Under the pieces are notes generated by a model, which made no database searches, had not been told where the DNA came from, and saw only the letters and a program-made list of their open reading frames with translations. From Octopus bimaculoides (Eukaryota), in assembly GCF_001194135.2 (NCBI RefSeq), contig NC_068987.1, forward strand, positions 104,789,835-104,853,834: 64,000 bases of DNA, written 5' to 3'. This document shows positions 1 through 11,879 of the stretch, piece by piece; position 1 is the first letter of the stretch, and each line of letters starts with the position of its first letter. Made by a program: the position numbers and the translations under genes.

Positions 1-138
1 GTTAACAAGCTCTCTTTGCAACCATGTAGTTTGGGGTTCTGTCCCACTGTACTGCTCCTAGAGCAAGTATCTTCTACTATAGCCCTGGGCCAACCAATGC
101 CTTGTGAGTGTTTTGGTAGACAAAAACTGTATGGAAGG

Positions 139-194
<56 letters not shown>

Positions 195-200
195 TCATAC

Positions 201-280
201 CTTTGTGACATACTTGCATTTATTTGAAATAAACTCTGGAGAATGGAAACAAAAGCAGCAGATAATGGTGTCTCTCGAAC
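201..280 (-). CDS. INF2: INF2-like formin, coding exon 5
   Basis: Acceptor TATACTTTTTAG|, 80 nt, donor AG|GTATGA (phase 2). Reads VRETPLSAAFVSILQSLFQINASMSQ versus human [26 protein letters not shown]. Gene continues beyond the window start; FH1/FH2 are not visible here. Confidence 0.85.
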
Positions 281-980
281 CTAAAAAGTATAAATAATAT
301 ATGTAAGTGTTAGCTGTACTTGTCAAAATGTAAACCAGACATCATATAATTTTCAAACGTAGATATTAAAGAACATTTCTTGAAATTTATTTATTCTAGC
401 CACACAGAGACTTACTTGAAAAACAATCAGTAAATTTATCTTGGCAATTTTTCTGACAATATTTGAAGTATTTTCAAGCAAACGATACACTTAGCGTCAT
501 GAAAAATATTAAATGCAATAAAGAAATTATTCCTTATTGTTATAAAAACATTTAACTGTTTTGGTATCAGCAAGCCCCAGACTGGATAAGAATATAAACA
601 TCCAGTTTTAGTGATCGATTTAAATCAAAACCTTCCATCAAAATTTCATATTAATTTATGTATCAAACACCAGCTAAATAATGACAATATTAGTTTACTA
701 AATTCTTTATTAATTTCAAAATTAATTGAAAGAGGTAGTGCATTTTAACAGAAATTTGTTAACGAAAAATTAAGACATTTTCTTTTTATATTTTAGTTGC
801 AGTATAAACATTTTGAAACACAAAAATATTCCGAGGTCTTTTCGATTGCCAAAGTGATTTTCAAAGGAAATATAACTGAGAGCCAAATACAACAGTAAAA
901 TCGCAAGAATATATTTAATACAAATATATCATTCACAAAAACCGTTAGATTCACTTCAACATTTAAATTTAATTTTAATT

Positions 981-1027
981 TGTCAAAATATTTTCGTCGC
1001 TTTGAAACCGCGACCTGCTCACCAACA
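981..1027 (-). ncRNA. minimal type-I hammerhead-ribozyme-like motif, G3-C8 core variant
   Basis: Minus strand UGUUG-GUGAGCA-G-GUCGC(GGUUUCAAA)GCGAC-GAAA-AUAUU-U-UGACA. Stem I of 5 bp with 2 wobbles, one extra nt after A9, 5-bp stem II, palindromic AAUAUU stem III. Confidence 0.55.
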
Positions 1028-1393
1028 AAATTCCGTGCTGCATCTGAGAAAGTAACAGTTAATTCATAATATTCCGAAAAAAAGGAAAACCGTTGAAAAA
1101 CAGTTTATAGCAGAGACTCCAGCAAATAAGATCTGAAGAAGGAATTGTAATTCCGAAATATCATCGGACTATAGATAACCAAGTTACAACAGGTATATAG
1201 TCCATTTTTTGTTCTATAGTGCATTGTTGTACCATTCTAAACTTTTTATTCTTTACAAACAATATACAATGCTTCAAGCGAACTACAATACTCTCTTATA
1301 TATATTTATGTATGTACGCATGTATGCATGTGCGTATGCATATGTGTGCGCAGACACGTACGTACGTACATTATATATATATATATATATAGT

Positions 1394-1427
<34 letters not shown>

Positions 1428-1469
1428 TCATGAACTAACTATTACCTTCTCAGATGCAGCACGGAATTT

Positions 1470-1515
1470 TGTCAGTGAACAGGTCGCAGTTTCAGAACGA
1501 CGGAAATATTTTGAC
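1470..1515 (+). ncRNA. second, probably inactive copy of the G3-C8 hammerhead-like motif (A13G)
   Basis: UGUCA-GUGAACA-G-GUCGC(...)ACGAC-GGAA-AUAUU-U-UGAC. GAAA has become GGAA. Confidence 0.45.
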
Positions 1516-1989
1516 TAATTAAATCTAAATGTTGAAATGAATCTAAACGGTTTTTGTGTGTTTTTGAATGGCTTATAAACACCTTTCACGCTGCAATTGT
1601 TTTTGTTTCAACACACGATCTCAGATCAGGTCACTTGCTATGCAAGTACTTCTCCGTAAAATATATTACTCGTTTTATAATATATAGTAATATGCATTAC
1701 AGGCGTGAGATCAGGCAATGGTAGAGGCCCTTTAATATTTTAATTCGCTTCATCTAAAGGGTCGGACAGTTTCTTTTCAGGGCTTTTTTTTTTATCCTTT
1801 TAATCAGATCTCGATTACTGTTCCAAAATATTTATTAAAGCATTTAATATTTAATATTTACAGGTTTAAAAATATTATCTGCAGCTAAACTTTCAGTGTA
1901 GGGGACGTAAGAACTACGATAAGGCTTTGATTATCTCCCTTTAACTTACATTTCGGTCTATTGATGGACAAAATGTTTGTTTACAGCAA

Positions 1990-2297
1990 CAGGTTAGATC
2001 AGGCGTGAGGGGCATGCACCGTTGCAGCACGTTGCTGCATTTACCATTTGTCGGTACATTCCGGGGCCCGCCTGGACGACCTGTCGAGTAGAGTCCCAGT
2101 CAATCGCCCATCTCTACGAGACATCTCGTCTGCCGTAACCATGTAACATGTGGTCGACCACTACGAGTCGTCAACCCAGCCGGATCCTCAGTGAAGAGAA
2201 CACAGTAAGCAGGGTCTAAACTCGGAAAATCGAGCAACGTGACCAAACAATCCGAGCTGGCCCTCTCGAATCACACAAGTAACAGAATGCACCCTAG
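1990..2297 (-). mobile_element. RTE/RTEX-type LINE 3' remnant
   Basis: Minus-strand frames give VTCVIREGQLGLFGHVARF and RSGRPHVTWLRQ (RTE RT C-terminal FGHVAR and GRP...W motifs), followed by a CCTGATCTAACCTG-type tail. Confidence 0.7.
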
Positions 2298-2465
2298 TTT
2301 TTGAGTAGAGCCGTTGATTGGATACAAAATCCAACCAATGACAACCTATAATCCAAACTGCGACAGATTGCTACTAACATTTTAAAAGCAACTTACTTGG
2401 CCATTTGCGTGATAATTACCTAAAATCTCTTAATCTAACAAGAGAACTCGCAATATAGTAATTAC

Positions 2466-2647
2466 CCGGTTATAAATAGCTGTGAACAGTTCTTGTGGGT
2501 TATTAACGTTGACATTTCCATCTTTCGTTTCCTCCAGGGCTTCTTGGTCAGCAGACATCTCATCCTTGAAAACATCCCATTGTATTTGAAAGTCAGGGTT
2601 GTCGATATTCTCACACACCACGGCTATCGTTTCTTCTATATTCAATG
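2466..2647 (-). CDS. INF2: INF2-like formin, coding exon 4 (end of FH3, dimerisation region)
   Basis: Reads (A)LNIEETIAVVCENIDNPDFQIQWDVFKDEMSADQEALEETKDGNVNVNNPQELFTAIYNR versus human [58 protein letters not shown]. Donor CGG|GTAATT. The acceptor TTTAAG| is weak and nearby in-frame AGs exist, so the 5' edge is less certain. Confidence 0.85.
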
Positions 2648-3950
2648 CTTAAATAGACATTCAGTAATCTGATTTACATCATCTTGAAAGAGGAATCTTA
2701 AGAAACAAAATAGAACAATGAAACCCTGCAGAAATCAATATTCTCGATTATAATATTATGAAACAAGGAGTCTAGATCATTGATTAAGTTCTGTTCAATG
2801 AAGCTTGATTTTCATTACTCCAAGAGTTACTATATGTTATAACTCTTCTTTTTTATTTTCCTTGAGTTCTAGGACTGACATAAGACCAATTATTGAATTT
2901 CCATGTTGTATAACTGACTGAGATCATAACATTCTCTCTGGTTGGGACGCTGGTCCGTTGGGGAGATAAACTGATAACATAAACTGATAACATGGTATGT
3001 GACTGGTACTTTATTTTATCGACCCCAGTGGATGAAAGGCAAAGATGACCCCAGTAGGATTTGAAACCAAAATATAAAGACTTGCAAGAAATGCTGCTAA
3101 GAATGTTGCCTGATGTGCTAATGATCCTGACAGCTCACCACCTTTATATAAGCTGCTATAAATACCAGTAACTACTGACTTGGATTCTCTCGTCTAATAT
3201 CACTCTCTTACAAAAGTTAGTAAGAGTCTAAAGAAACCTTCATTAAGAAGTGAAGCTTGATTTCCTAAGTTTTTTCCTTATGTATTTGAATTTCAAAAAG
3301 GATACAAAAACAGCCACTAGTTCTGTGTAAATTAAATCTGGTCTCTTGTATCAGTAGGAAATAGAAACACCTCTGGCTTTATGCATTATACAAAGGTGGC
3401 CAAAAAAAAAGCCCAAGAAGTTAGTTCTGAGAAAATGGTCCTTGAGAATTACTACATAAACCAAACCTTGTAGATTTCCAAGAATATATCAACATACAAT
3501 AATATAGAGTTCCTCCCCAGACTACCAGGAACAAAACATATACACACACATACGCTTTAATGTTAGATGTCACTTAATAGACCTTTATGTTTGATCATGG
3601 TTAATCTTCTGTGATGCAAATGTGCTAAAGTATCTAAATATTCTGTATGTAGTTGAATTTCAGTAAGCTTTGTTCTAATTTCTGGCTAGAATTTAACTTT
3701 ATTACTTGGAGTAATTTATAATAAATTTGTTACAAAAGATTGGTAGGAGTGGTGTTTACCACATTGTCATTAATTTAATGATAAAAAAAATAAATTCTCT
3801 TGATCTTAATAAAAGTCTTTGGTAAGGTTCATGATAATACTGGCCAACAAGAATATTATTTTCGGTGGTAGATACATAGTTCTCATGGCATTTGTAGTTT
3901 AATGATAGCAACCATTAATAAGTTGACATTATTTTCTGTACTCTAAAAGT

Positions 3951-4365
3951 AGCAAGCTGGCAGAATCATTAGCATGCCGGATGAACTGCTTAGCAGTATT
4001 TCGTCTGTCTGCACGTTCTGAGTTCAAATGCCACCAGGGTCAATAAATTAAGTACCAGTTATGCACTGGGGTCGATGTAATCGATTCATTTCCTCCACAA
4101 AAATTTTGGACCTTGTGCTTAGAGTAGAGAAGATTATTTTCTGTACTCAAGGTGGCGAGCTGGCAGAAACATTAGCAAGCTGAGCGAAATGCTTAGCGGT
4201 ATTTCGTCTCTTCCAGTTCGGAGTTCAAATTCCACCAAGATCAGCTTTACCTTTCATCCTTTTGTGGAGTCGATAAAATGAATACCAGCTGAGAACTGAG
4301 GGTCAATATAATTGACTAGCTCCCTTACCCAAAATTTCAAGCCTTCTACCTATAATAGAAAGAAT
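3951..4365 (+). mobile_element. two tandem copies of tRNA-derived SINE family A
   Basis: GGCGAGCTGGCAGAA head, TTCTGAGTTCAAAT B-box, CCTTTCATCCTTT and AAGTACCAG...CTGGGGTCGAT body. About 15 further copies in the window (for example 2985-3145, 16066-16240, 21230-21380, 33703-34045, 55500-55630). Confidence 0.8.
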
Positions 4366-5204
4366 TATTACCTATACTCTCAACCCAAAATTGTGAAGTT
4401 ATCCTGCGAATAACTTCAGAAATCGGTATTAGCAATGTTGGAACATTTTTGATTTTTAGTGATCTTAGAGAAAACAGATTTACCAAAACTGAGAAAGCAC
4501 CAAACTTCAGTATTTAGTTTTGTCTTATATTTATAAGTTAAAATCCGATTTGCAGGATTTTAACTTTTCTTCTTCTTTGGGAACGAAAATGGGTGAAAAA
4601 TATATCCCAAGTTGTATTAGAATCAGTTCAACTGACCAATCACTCTGCTCGTAATGTATGGCCTTGTGCATCATCATCATCATCATCATGTCCACTTTTC
4701 CATACTTTTTAAATAATGGAAGAAGCCAAATCACTTCACCATAGTGGCACATCTTCTTATTCCCCTCTGCTATAAACTTCTTGTCATGTACCAGAGAAAA
4801 TCAATTTTAAGAAATTGAAAAATTTCCCAGCAGCACCTTCAGCTTAAAGAACGTACAGTTAAATGTGAGTCACAATACTTAATGTGAAGGACTAAAATAA
4901 ATTTTTAACCATCATGAATTATACCCATAGTAAGAAGAAAAATCATTAGTGTCAATGAAAATTACTCTGAAAAACAGCAAGGGATAGAACTTGTCCAATA
5001 TTAATCAAATAAAGAGTAATTTTTTTTAGAGTAATTTTATCAAACAGTGAAAATTTCTATAATATGCAGGGTTTCTTCATGTTATACAGATATTCTTACT
5101 GTTTCAACAACTCAGTTTTTTTTTTAGCATTGTTGGGTCAGACCTGATCAGACACACTTATGTATTCAAACCAGCCATGGCCATCCTGTTTTTTTATTCT
5201 ATTT

Positions 5205-5611
5205 CGAGCGAGATCGCTGTCAGTGCCCCTGGAATGGATCTTGTGCAGGTGGCACATAAAATACACCATTTTGAGCGTGGCCGTTGCCAGTACCGCCTGA
5301 CTGGCCTTCGTAGGATTTTCGAGCGAGATCGTTGCCAGTGCCCCTGGACTGGCTCTTGTGCGGGTGGCACATAAAATACACCATTTTGAGCGTGGCCGTT
5401 GCCAGTACCGCCTGACTGGCCTTCGTGCGGGTGACACGTAAAAGCACCCACTACACTCTCTGAGTGGTTGGCGTTAGGAAGGGCATCCAGCTGTAGAAAC
5501 TCTGCCAAATTAGATTGGAGCCTGATGTTGCCATCTGGTTTCACCAGTCCTCAGTCAAATCGTCCAACCCATGCTAGCATGGAAAGCAGACGTTAAACGA
5601 TGATGATGATG
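5205..5611 (+). mobile_element. repeat family C (RTE-like 3' end with (GAT)n tail), with internal 115-bp tandem modules
   Basis: Ends CCAACCCATGCTAGCATGGAAAGCAGACGTTAAACGATGATGATGAT. Related copies at 6390-7075(-), 25240-25440(-), 25755-26090(-), 27790-27940(+), 32240-32745(+). Confidence 0.7.
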
Positions 5612-5962
5612 TAGAATGCATCCAGCCACATTGGATATGATTTGATGGTTTTTGACTGTTATTTCTATCAAGTCAAGTGACCATGTAATGGATCCATGCG
5701 GGCTCAAATAGAAATTCTTTTCAATACAGGTGAACTTCCAGTAACTTTGTTGAAGAATGTTGGAAAATATGAATAAAACCAAAGGCATATTCAGATTAAG
5801 GAAATGTTATTTATAACAAAAGAATTGTTGTTGAGGAGGAGAATAATGAAAAACAAATAGAAATAACCTAAAATGAAAAAAAATAAATATACAGTTTGTA
5901 CTTTCGTTAACACTGAAAAGCAAGCAAAACACACAAACGCACACACACAATAAATTCCTTAC

Positions 5963-6122
5963 CAATAAATTCATTCCGAATTCTCATTCTATCCAGGATG
6001 TTCTCGTTGGCAAAAATTATGGAATTAACAAGTGCCATAATGCTAACTTGATATGTTGCCAAATCTGCATGACGTAGTTCATTTAATATCAGACTAAATC
6101 GATATTGTAATTTCTGCCAGGT
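5963..6122 (-). CDS. INF2: INF2-like formin, coding exon 3 (FH3)
   Basis: Acceptor CTTCTTTACATTTACAG|, 160 nt, donor G|GTAAGG. Reads TWQKLQYRFSLILNELRHADLATYQVSIMALVNSIIFANENILDRMRIRNEFI versus human [53 protein letters not shown]. Not in the ORF track. Confidence 0.93.
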
Positions 6123-6355
6123 CTGTAAATGTAAAGAAGTGTCAAATTAGAAAAAAGAAAAAGTGTTTTCCATCTGGAATTTTCAAAACTAATTATTATA
6201 CAACCATAATCATTATTACAAAATATTAGTTTGATTGAGAGGGACACTGCATAAGAGCAATATATGCTGACACAACTTTCTTATTTATTTTATTTTCATC
6301 ATATCTATATCATTAGATAGATAGAGAGAGAAAGACAGAAAGATAGAGGAGAGAA

Positions 6356-6394
<39 letters not shown>

Positions 6395-8777
6395 TCATCA
6401 TCNNNNNNNNNNNNNNNNNNNNNNNNNNNNNNNNNNNNNNNNNNNNNNNNNNNNNNNNNNNNNNNNNNNNNNNNNNNNNNNNNNGACTGGTGAACCAGAT
6501 GGCTACACCAGGCTCCAATCTGATTTGGCAGCACTTCCTAACGCCAACCACTGTGAGAGTGTTGTGGGTGCTTTTATGTGCAACCGGCACGAAGGCCAGT
6601 CAGGCGGTACTGGCAACGGCCACGCTCAAAATGGTGTATTTTACATGTCACATGCACAGGAGCCAGTCCAGAGGCACTGGCAACAATCTCGCTCGAATGT
6701 TTTTTCGCGTGCCATCGGCACAAGTGCCAGTAAGACAACACTGGTAACAATCACGCTCAAATGATACCATTTACGTGCCACTGGCACGGAACCCAGACAG
6801 CTGCTCTGGCAATGATCATGCTCGGACGGTGTTCTTAGCGCTCCACTGGTACATGTGCCATCACGATTTCGATTTCACTTGCCCCAACAGGTCTTCGCAA
6901 GCGGAGTTTAGTGTCCACTAAAGGAGAGGTTGGCACGGGTGCCAGTCGTCAAATTTGGTTCGATTTCGATTTCACTTGCCTCAACAGATCTTCGCAAGCG
7001 GAGTTTAGTGTCCAATGAAGGAAAGGTACGCATAAGTGGGCTGGCTACACCCCTGGCAGAGGCGTCGGATGATGGTCTCATCATCCATCAGATTTCGTGC
7101 ATTCCAGTAGTACATCTGTAAGTGTGTCTTCGTTTGTTTACGCTTTTGCATTTTGTCCTTACACTTCTGCTGAAATAAACAGTCATCAGTTTCAGAAAAG
7201 TGACCAGCTTGTGTAGCAGGTAAAGTTTAGAATACGATTTTTTAGTCCTTTCCTGACAGATGTGTATGCAGTGCCTTCATTTATAAGGCTGCTCAGTTAC
7301 AGGTCATTCCATTCAATTCTTCTGACTGTAAAGGTCAAAGGAAACTATATAAAGTGTAATCTTTTGTGGCCTAATCTGTAGGTTTGTGACTTCCAACTTG
7401 TCGAGTCTGCAGACATCACCACGCACTCATCACCAAATGTCGATGAGAGACCAGTGTGGATAAATCTAGTTATTTTGTTATATTCCTCATAAAATATTTC
7501 ACTGTTGGTTTGTACTAGCTATGAGTGGCATAAAGTATTGCTATGTTTGAAAGTAGCCGTACCTCACGGAAACTGTAGTGGTTTGCTCTGGTATAACATA
7601 AATATCATACTCTACGTATAAGATACCATATTCCAGTGACAAGAAAACATCAAGATGTCTGGTGGGAGCATCAAAAGGCAGCCCGGTGGGAGTTTAAAAT
7701 TCAGATTTGTCTACTCCAAAATAGATATTCTGACCAGAAGAATATGTCCATTACTCTCGAACGGTTACAGAATGAATTTAATGACTCTCTCAAATATTTC
7801 TATATTGTTGTGCTCTGTTGTTAGATAGTTGTTGACTCTATACTGGATACGTCCACCTTACAGCAGATCTTGTATTTCTCTCGCTGTGTTTGTAGCAAAA
7901 CCTCTTAACTAAATAAGCTTAGTGATTTAACCCGGTGAGGGGGTTCAGTCGCCAAAAAACTCGACCATAAATACACATTTTACTGGATTACACATTGCTG
8001 GTAGCACGGGTTTGTGACCGGACACATATTCACACATATAGATATGCATAAATATGAGTGGGAATATACACACGTACACAGGTTACGGTTAGCAAAGAGC
8101 TGTGAATTAACTTGGATGTCGGAAAAAGTCGGTTCACATGGCAAGCAGAGTCGCATGCCCACACGTGCTTTAAGAGAAACAACTGTGAAACAATAACATT
8201 TTCAGTCATATAAAAAGAAAATCGACAAGTTGTCAAATAAGAAGAAATAGGGAAGATAGACGGAAGGGAAAAAAACGAAAATATCTTGTGAAAGTGAATG
8301 TTGGTAGTTGTACCTTCTCGAGTACAATTGAAGCCAACTAATGAATAATAACTCTAGTAAAGTAAAACTTCAGCTTCAAATGACTAAAATAACTCGGATG
8401 AAATGGATCGTACTTTACTTTAACTTTCTACCATATAAACTGTACTTTGTTCGAAAGGAGTTTAGCCCCACATCTCAGGGCCAAATATTCTACTTGTTCT
8501 ATACTCACACGGGCCAGATCTGGCCTCTTACACCTGCGTTACAATATCATTCTAAAAACAATAAACAATCACATCTTTGAAATCTCGAAGCTACACGATA
8601 ATTCATAATTGATTCAGAACAATGTGAATAGAGAAGTATAACATTTGGCAGAATAATCTGAATGCTAAATGGTTAAACCATTCATGGAATACGAAATAGT
8701 TCTGAAGCAATTTAAAGCCTCTATGCAAAGAATTGTAATATATTATATTATATTATATTATATTACATTATATTATA

Positions 8778-10640
8778 CAGTAACAACTCGCCATATCGCG
8801 ATTCACATATTGCACTCTCAGTCCATTGCAGATTTTTCTGGCTAATACATGTGTAGTGAAACCTCTCTCTCGGGCATTCAATCACAAAGGATAACGAAGC
8901 GGCTAACATCTAGTCTTCGGCTGCCTTGGACCCTTGTGTCCACCACCCTGATTGGTTCTCATTTGCGCGGCAATTGTCCCCAGTTCTGCTTCGCGCCAGG
9001 GTGCATACAGTCCAATCGTGGCCTTCAGATAAGGTCACGTGAGAGAGGGATTTTCTTCGTTTCCGGTGAGTCCTATTTCATCTATGAATAAGCCCGATCC
9101 AACGACGCCAGTCGTCTTCGATTCCAGATCTCTGATAGGTCTGGTCGCTGACCACACATACAGAACAAAGCTCCAGGCAGTTTCCAGCGACGACGACTTC
9201 ACCACCAATGTACTGACTACCACAATGTCGTCGCCAGCAACACCAACATGAACCGTGGTTTTATCTCGACACTGTATGAGTGGATTACTTCCACCACGAG
9301 CAACAGTCAGAACTAACCTGCGAGAATATTCCGTACAAGGTAACCGGTCACAGCATCGACGCTCAACACACATATTGTGATATCACAGCTCTGCTCTTTG
9401 GCCACAACTTCCTGCGTATGAACATTCTATATCTTGTGCAACTCTTATAGGAACTGGTTTTCTCTATCTCAGTGTTATGAGACTTTTGTAGTCTATGTTA
9501 CAGACACTCTTTCTATATTCTGTGTTCCTCTCTCACACACACACATATTGTACTCTCACATATTGTGCACACACTATTGCTTATACGACGTGTCCGTCAT
9601 TTCATATTGTTGTATACATACTCTTGTACTCGAAGGCCTGACTTATCTACTATGTTATCTATATATGCTGCATACACGCACTCACACCACTACAGTTTCA
9701 CTATGTTAATAAACCTACTCTCACTATATATCTAACGGTTGTCGCTGTCACTCTCTGGTTCCTTCTGGCACTTGGCTCGTATCTCTCACGACGAGCCTTC
9801 TATGTTATATATTATGTTGTTGTGTTCGAACGTGCGACGCGTTAAAAGGAGCCTTTTCCGTCACGTCGCCATTCTCCTTTGGTTCGCACGGTCGTTCTGT
9901 TACATATGTAAATTTACATCGCAGACTCCTCGTATATCGCGTGTTTCTGTGGTCGATAGGTATTTATATTTTAGATTTTAATTATTTCTATGGTAAAATT
10001 TTCACTACTGAAAATTAATAAAAAATACTGTACAGCGCTGTACTGTATAATACATTAAGTAAAATATATTGAAAGAAAATAGGTAGTGTACCGCAAATGA
10101 GTAAACAAACAATCGCACATATTGTATGGAAAACGAAACTCGGGAGGCGATTGTGTGGTGTTATTTTGCATTTGTGTGTAAAATTGTGGATTTATTTCAA
10201 GCCCTACGATGTCGCCTAAACATTCTGCACCTCCTAAGATTTCTGGCAGTGAACCCAAGCACCAGAAGAAGATGCTTACTATAGCAGAGGTGAGACTCCT
10301 CGGCATAAGGAAGGGAGAAGGCATGCGGATGCCGTTACAGCATCAATGTATCTACCGTCCGCTACATTAAGAAGAACGTAAAAATATATGGGCGATGGCA
10401 AAAGTGACTTTTAGCAAGACAGCGAAAAGGGTGGTAACTTCCCACAATAAGGCCATCGTACGGATGGAGTCTGGCTTAGCCCTTTGGATCAGTGACTGCA
10501 GGAAGAAGAACATTGCACTGGATACCAAAACCATCAGTGAGAAGGGTATAGATTTAGAAAGTATAAGTGAAGCAATGAAAATACAGCATTACATAGATGT
10601 TACCGTCATCGTCTTAACGTTCACTTTTCTATGCTTTGCA
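8778..10640 (+). mobile_element. Tigger/pogo-type DNA transposon 5' remnant, interrupted by a probable LTR
   Basis: TA|CAGTAACAACTCGCCATATCGCG TIR-like start. Frameshifted N-terminal HTH segments EPKHQKKMLTIAE, INVSTVRYIKKN and RMESGLALWISDCRKKNIALDTKTISEK (CENP-B-type HTH). No right TIR found. Confidence 0.75.
8852..9904 (+). mobile_element. probable solo LTR (1053 bp)
   Basis: TGTAG...TTACA ends, flanked by CATG (8848-8851) and TATG (9905-9908). AATAAA at 9708-9713. Higher GC and CpG content than the flanks. Removing it rejoins the Tigger 5' UTR. Confidence 0.55.
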
Positions 10641-11509
10641 TTTGCAGAATATTGGAAATGAATGACATTCGTTTACAAATCACGCAATGTTAAGATAACG
10701 ACACACACACACATATGACGCGACTCTATCAGTTTCCGTCTACCAAATCCACTCATAAGGTTTTGATTGGTCTAAAACTATACTAGAAGACAGTTGACCT
10801 TGCCCAAGGTACCCCGCTGTGGGACCGAATCCAAAACCTTGTGGTTGGGAATCAAATTTCTTAGCCACACAGCCACGCTTGCGCCTTTAGCGACACGTGC
10901 TCCTATATTTTTTGAGAAATAGTATTTTGGATAGTACAGACTATATCTCTTACTAATCCACTATAATGTGCTATAGCACTCGTTAAGATATTTGTAAAAT
11001 CGTTTCTAGTTCATCTAAGCCCTTTGTGGAGTAATATGATTGTTGCACGACATGACAAACGAAAAAATATTAATCATTCCAATTGTCAGATTGCAATGCA
11101 AATATAAAACTGTCTATACAGCAAATTAATTTTCATTAGACAACAATAAATTATAGGACATAAAAAACTATAAGTGTGTATATATCGTTTTGTTTTGCTT
11201 TCCGTTGTGGCTTTGTTTCATTTTGTGTTTTTTTTTGTTTGTTCTTTTTTTTTTGGGGGGGGGGGGGGTTCCAATCATTCCATTAAAACAATGTAAGTGA
11301 ACAAAAAAACCAATATCGAACTGAATGGCACCAAGCCAATATGTAGATTTGCCTCAAGACTTATCACGTCTCGCAACTCATTTATATACTAAGACACAAT
11401 AATTAAAATGAAAGTTCTCAATAGTCCATTTCGCCAAATAATCGAAACGTTAAAGAATTTGGTAATGATTAATTATTCAAAGTGAAATAAATACAAGACT
11501 TTTTTTTAC

Positions 11510-11625
11510 CTTATATTTTTCTAAAGCATCAAGAGTGAGGAAATAACCTTCACGTGAGTACAAACACAATGCTGACATCAGCTCAAAGATTTGCATCTTC
11601 ACAATAGGGTTTCTGTTTTCCAATA
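11510..11625 (-). CDS. INF2: INF2-like formin, coding exon 2 (DID/FH3)
   Basis: Acceptor TTTGTTTTTCAG|, 116 nt, donor AAG|GTAAAA. Reads (V)[38 protein letters not shown] versus human [38 protein letters not shown]. Phase 1 in, phase 0 out. Not in the ORF track. Confidence 0.93.
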
Positions 11626-11879
11626 CTGAAAAACAAATTTTAAAAATGTTCTTCATTTTAGTTATCCATTTATTAATTTGTTAATTTTTATATATTTATT
11701 TTTTCAAACTAAGGTAAGTAATAGATATGATAATACAACATGACACAGAATTATAGGATTAAATAAAACAAAAATAACATCTAAATTGCTAAAAAGAGCT
11801 TATACTCACACTTATATACACGCATGCATACATACATAGACAAAGAAAGAAACAAACAAACAAAACAAAACAAACAGAT

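Larger units (their letters stand above)
934..1560. repeat. inverted repeat pair (about 135-bp arms, about 360-bp spacer) carrying the hammerhead-like motif; possible Penelope-like pLTR remnants
   Basis: 934-1067 is the imperfect reverse complement of 1430-1560 (shared CCGTGCTGCATCTGAGAA, GTCAAAATATTT, TTCAACATTTA). Confidence 0.8.

Noticed and set aside
16-297. 93-aa plus ORF
   Set aside because: SINE fragment plus (TG)n, antisense to formin exon 5.
3581-3640. YLDTLAHL resembling INF2 LLDVLARL as an extra exon
   Set aside because: Poor acceptor and donor. The direct exon 3 to exon 4 join already covers this segment with a near gap-free alignment.
5138-5544. Overlapping ORFs with repeated HAQNGVFYVPPAQ
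   Set aside because: Translation of tandem modules of a non-coding repeat; the same peptides recur at 6490-6764 and 32196-32669.
7000-8330. Mixed-complexity block with a WNARNL-like peptide suggesting an endonuclease N-terminus
   Set aside because: Probably TE debris, but I could not support a family or boundaries.
9035-9373. 112-aa minus ORF and 70/80-aa plus ORFs
   Set aside because: They lie within the probable LTR, with no gag, RT or integrase motif recognised.
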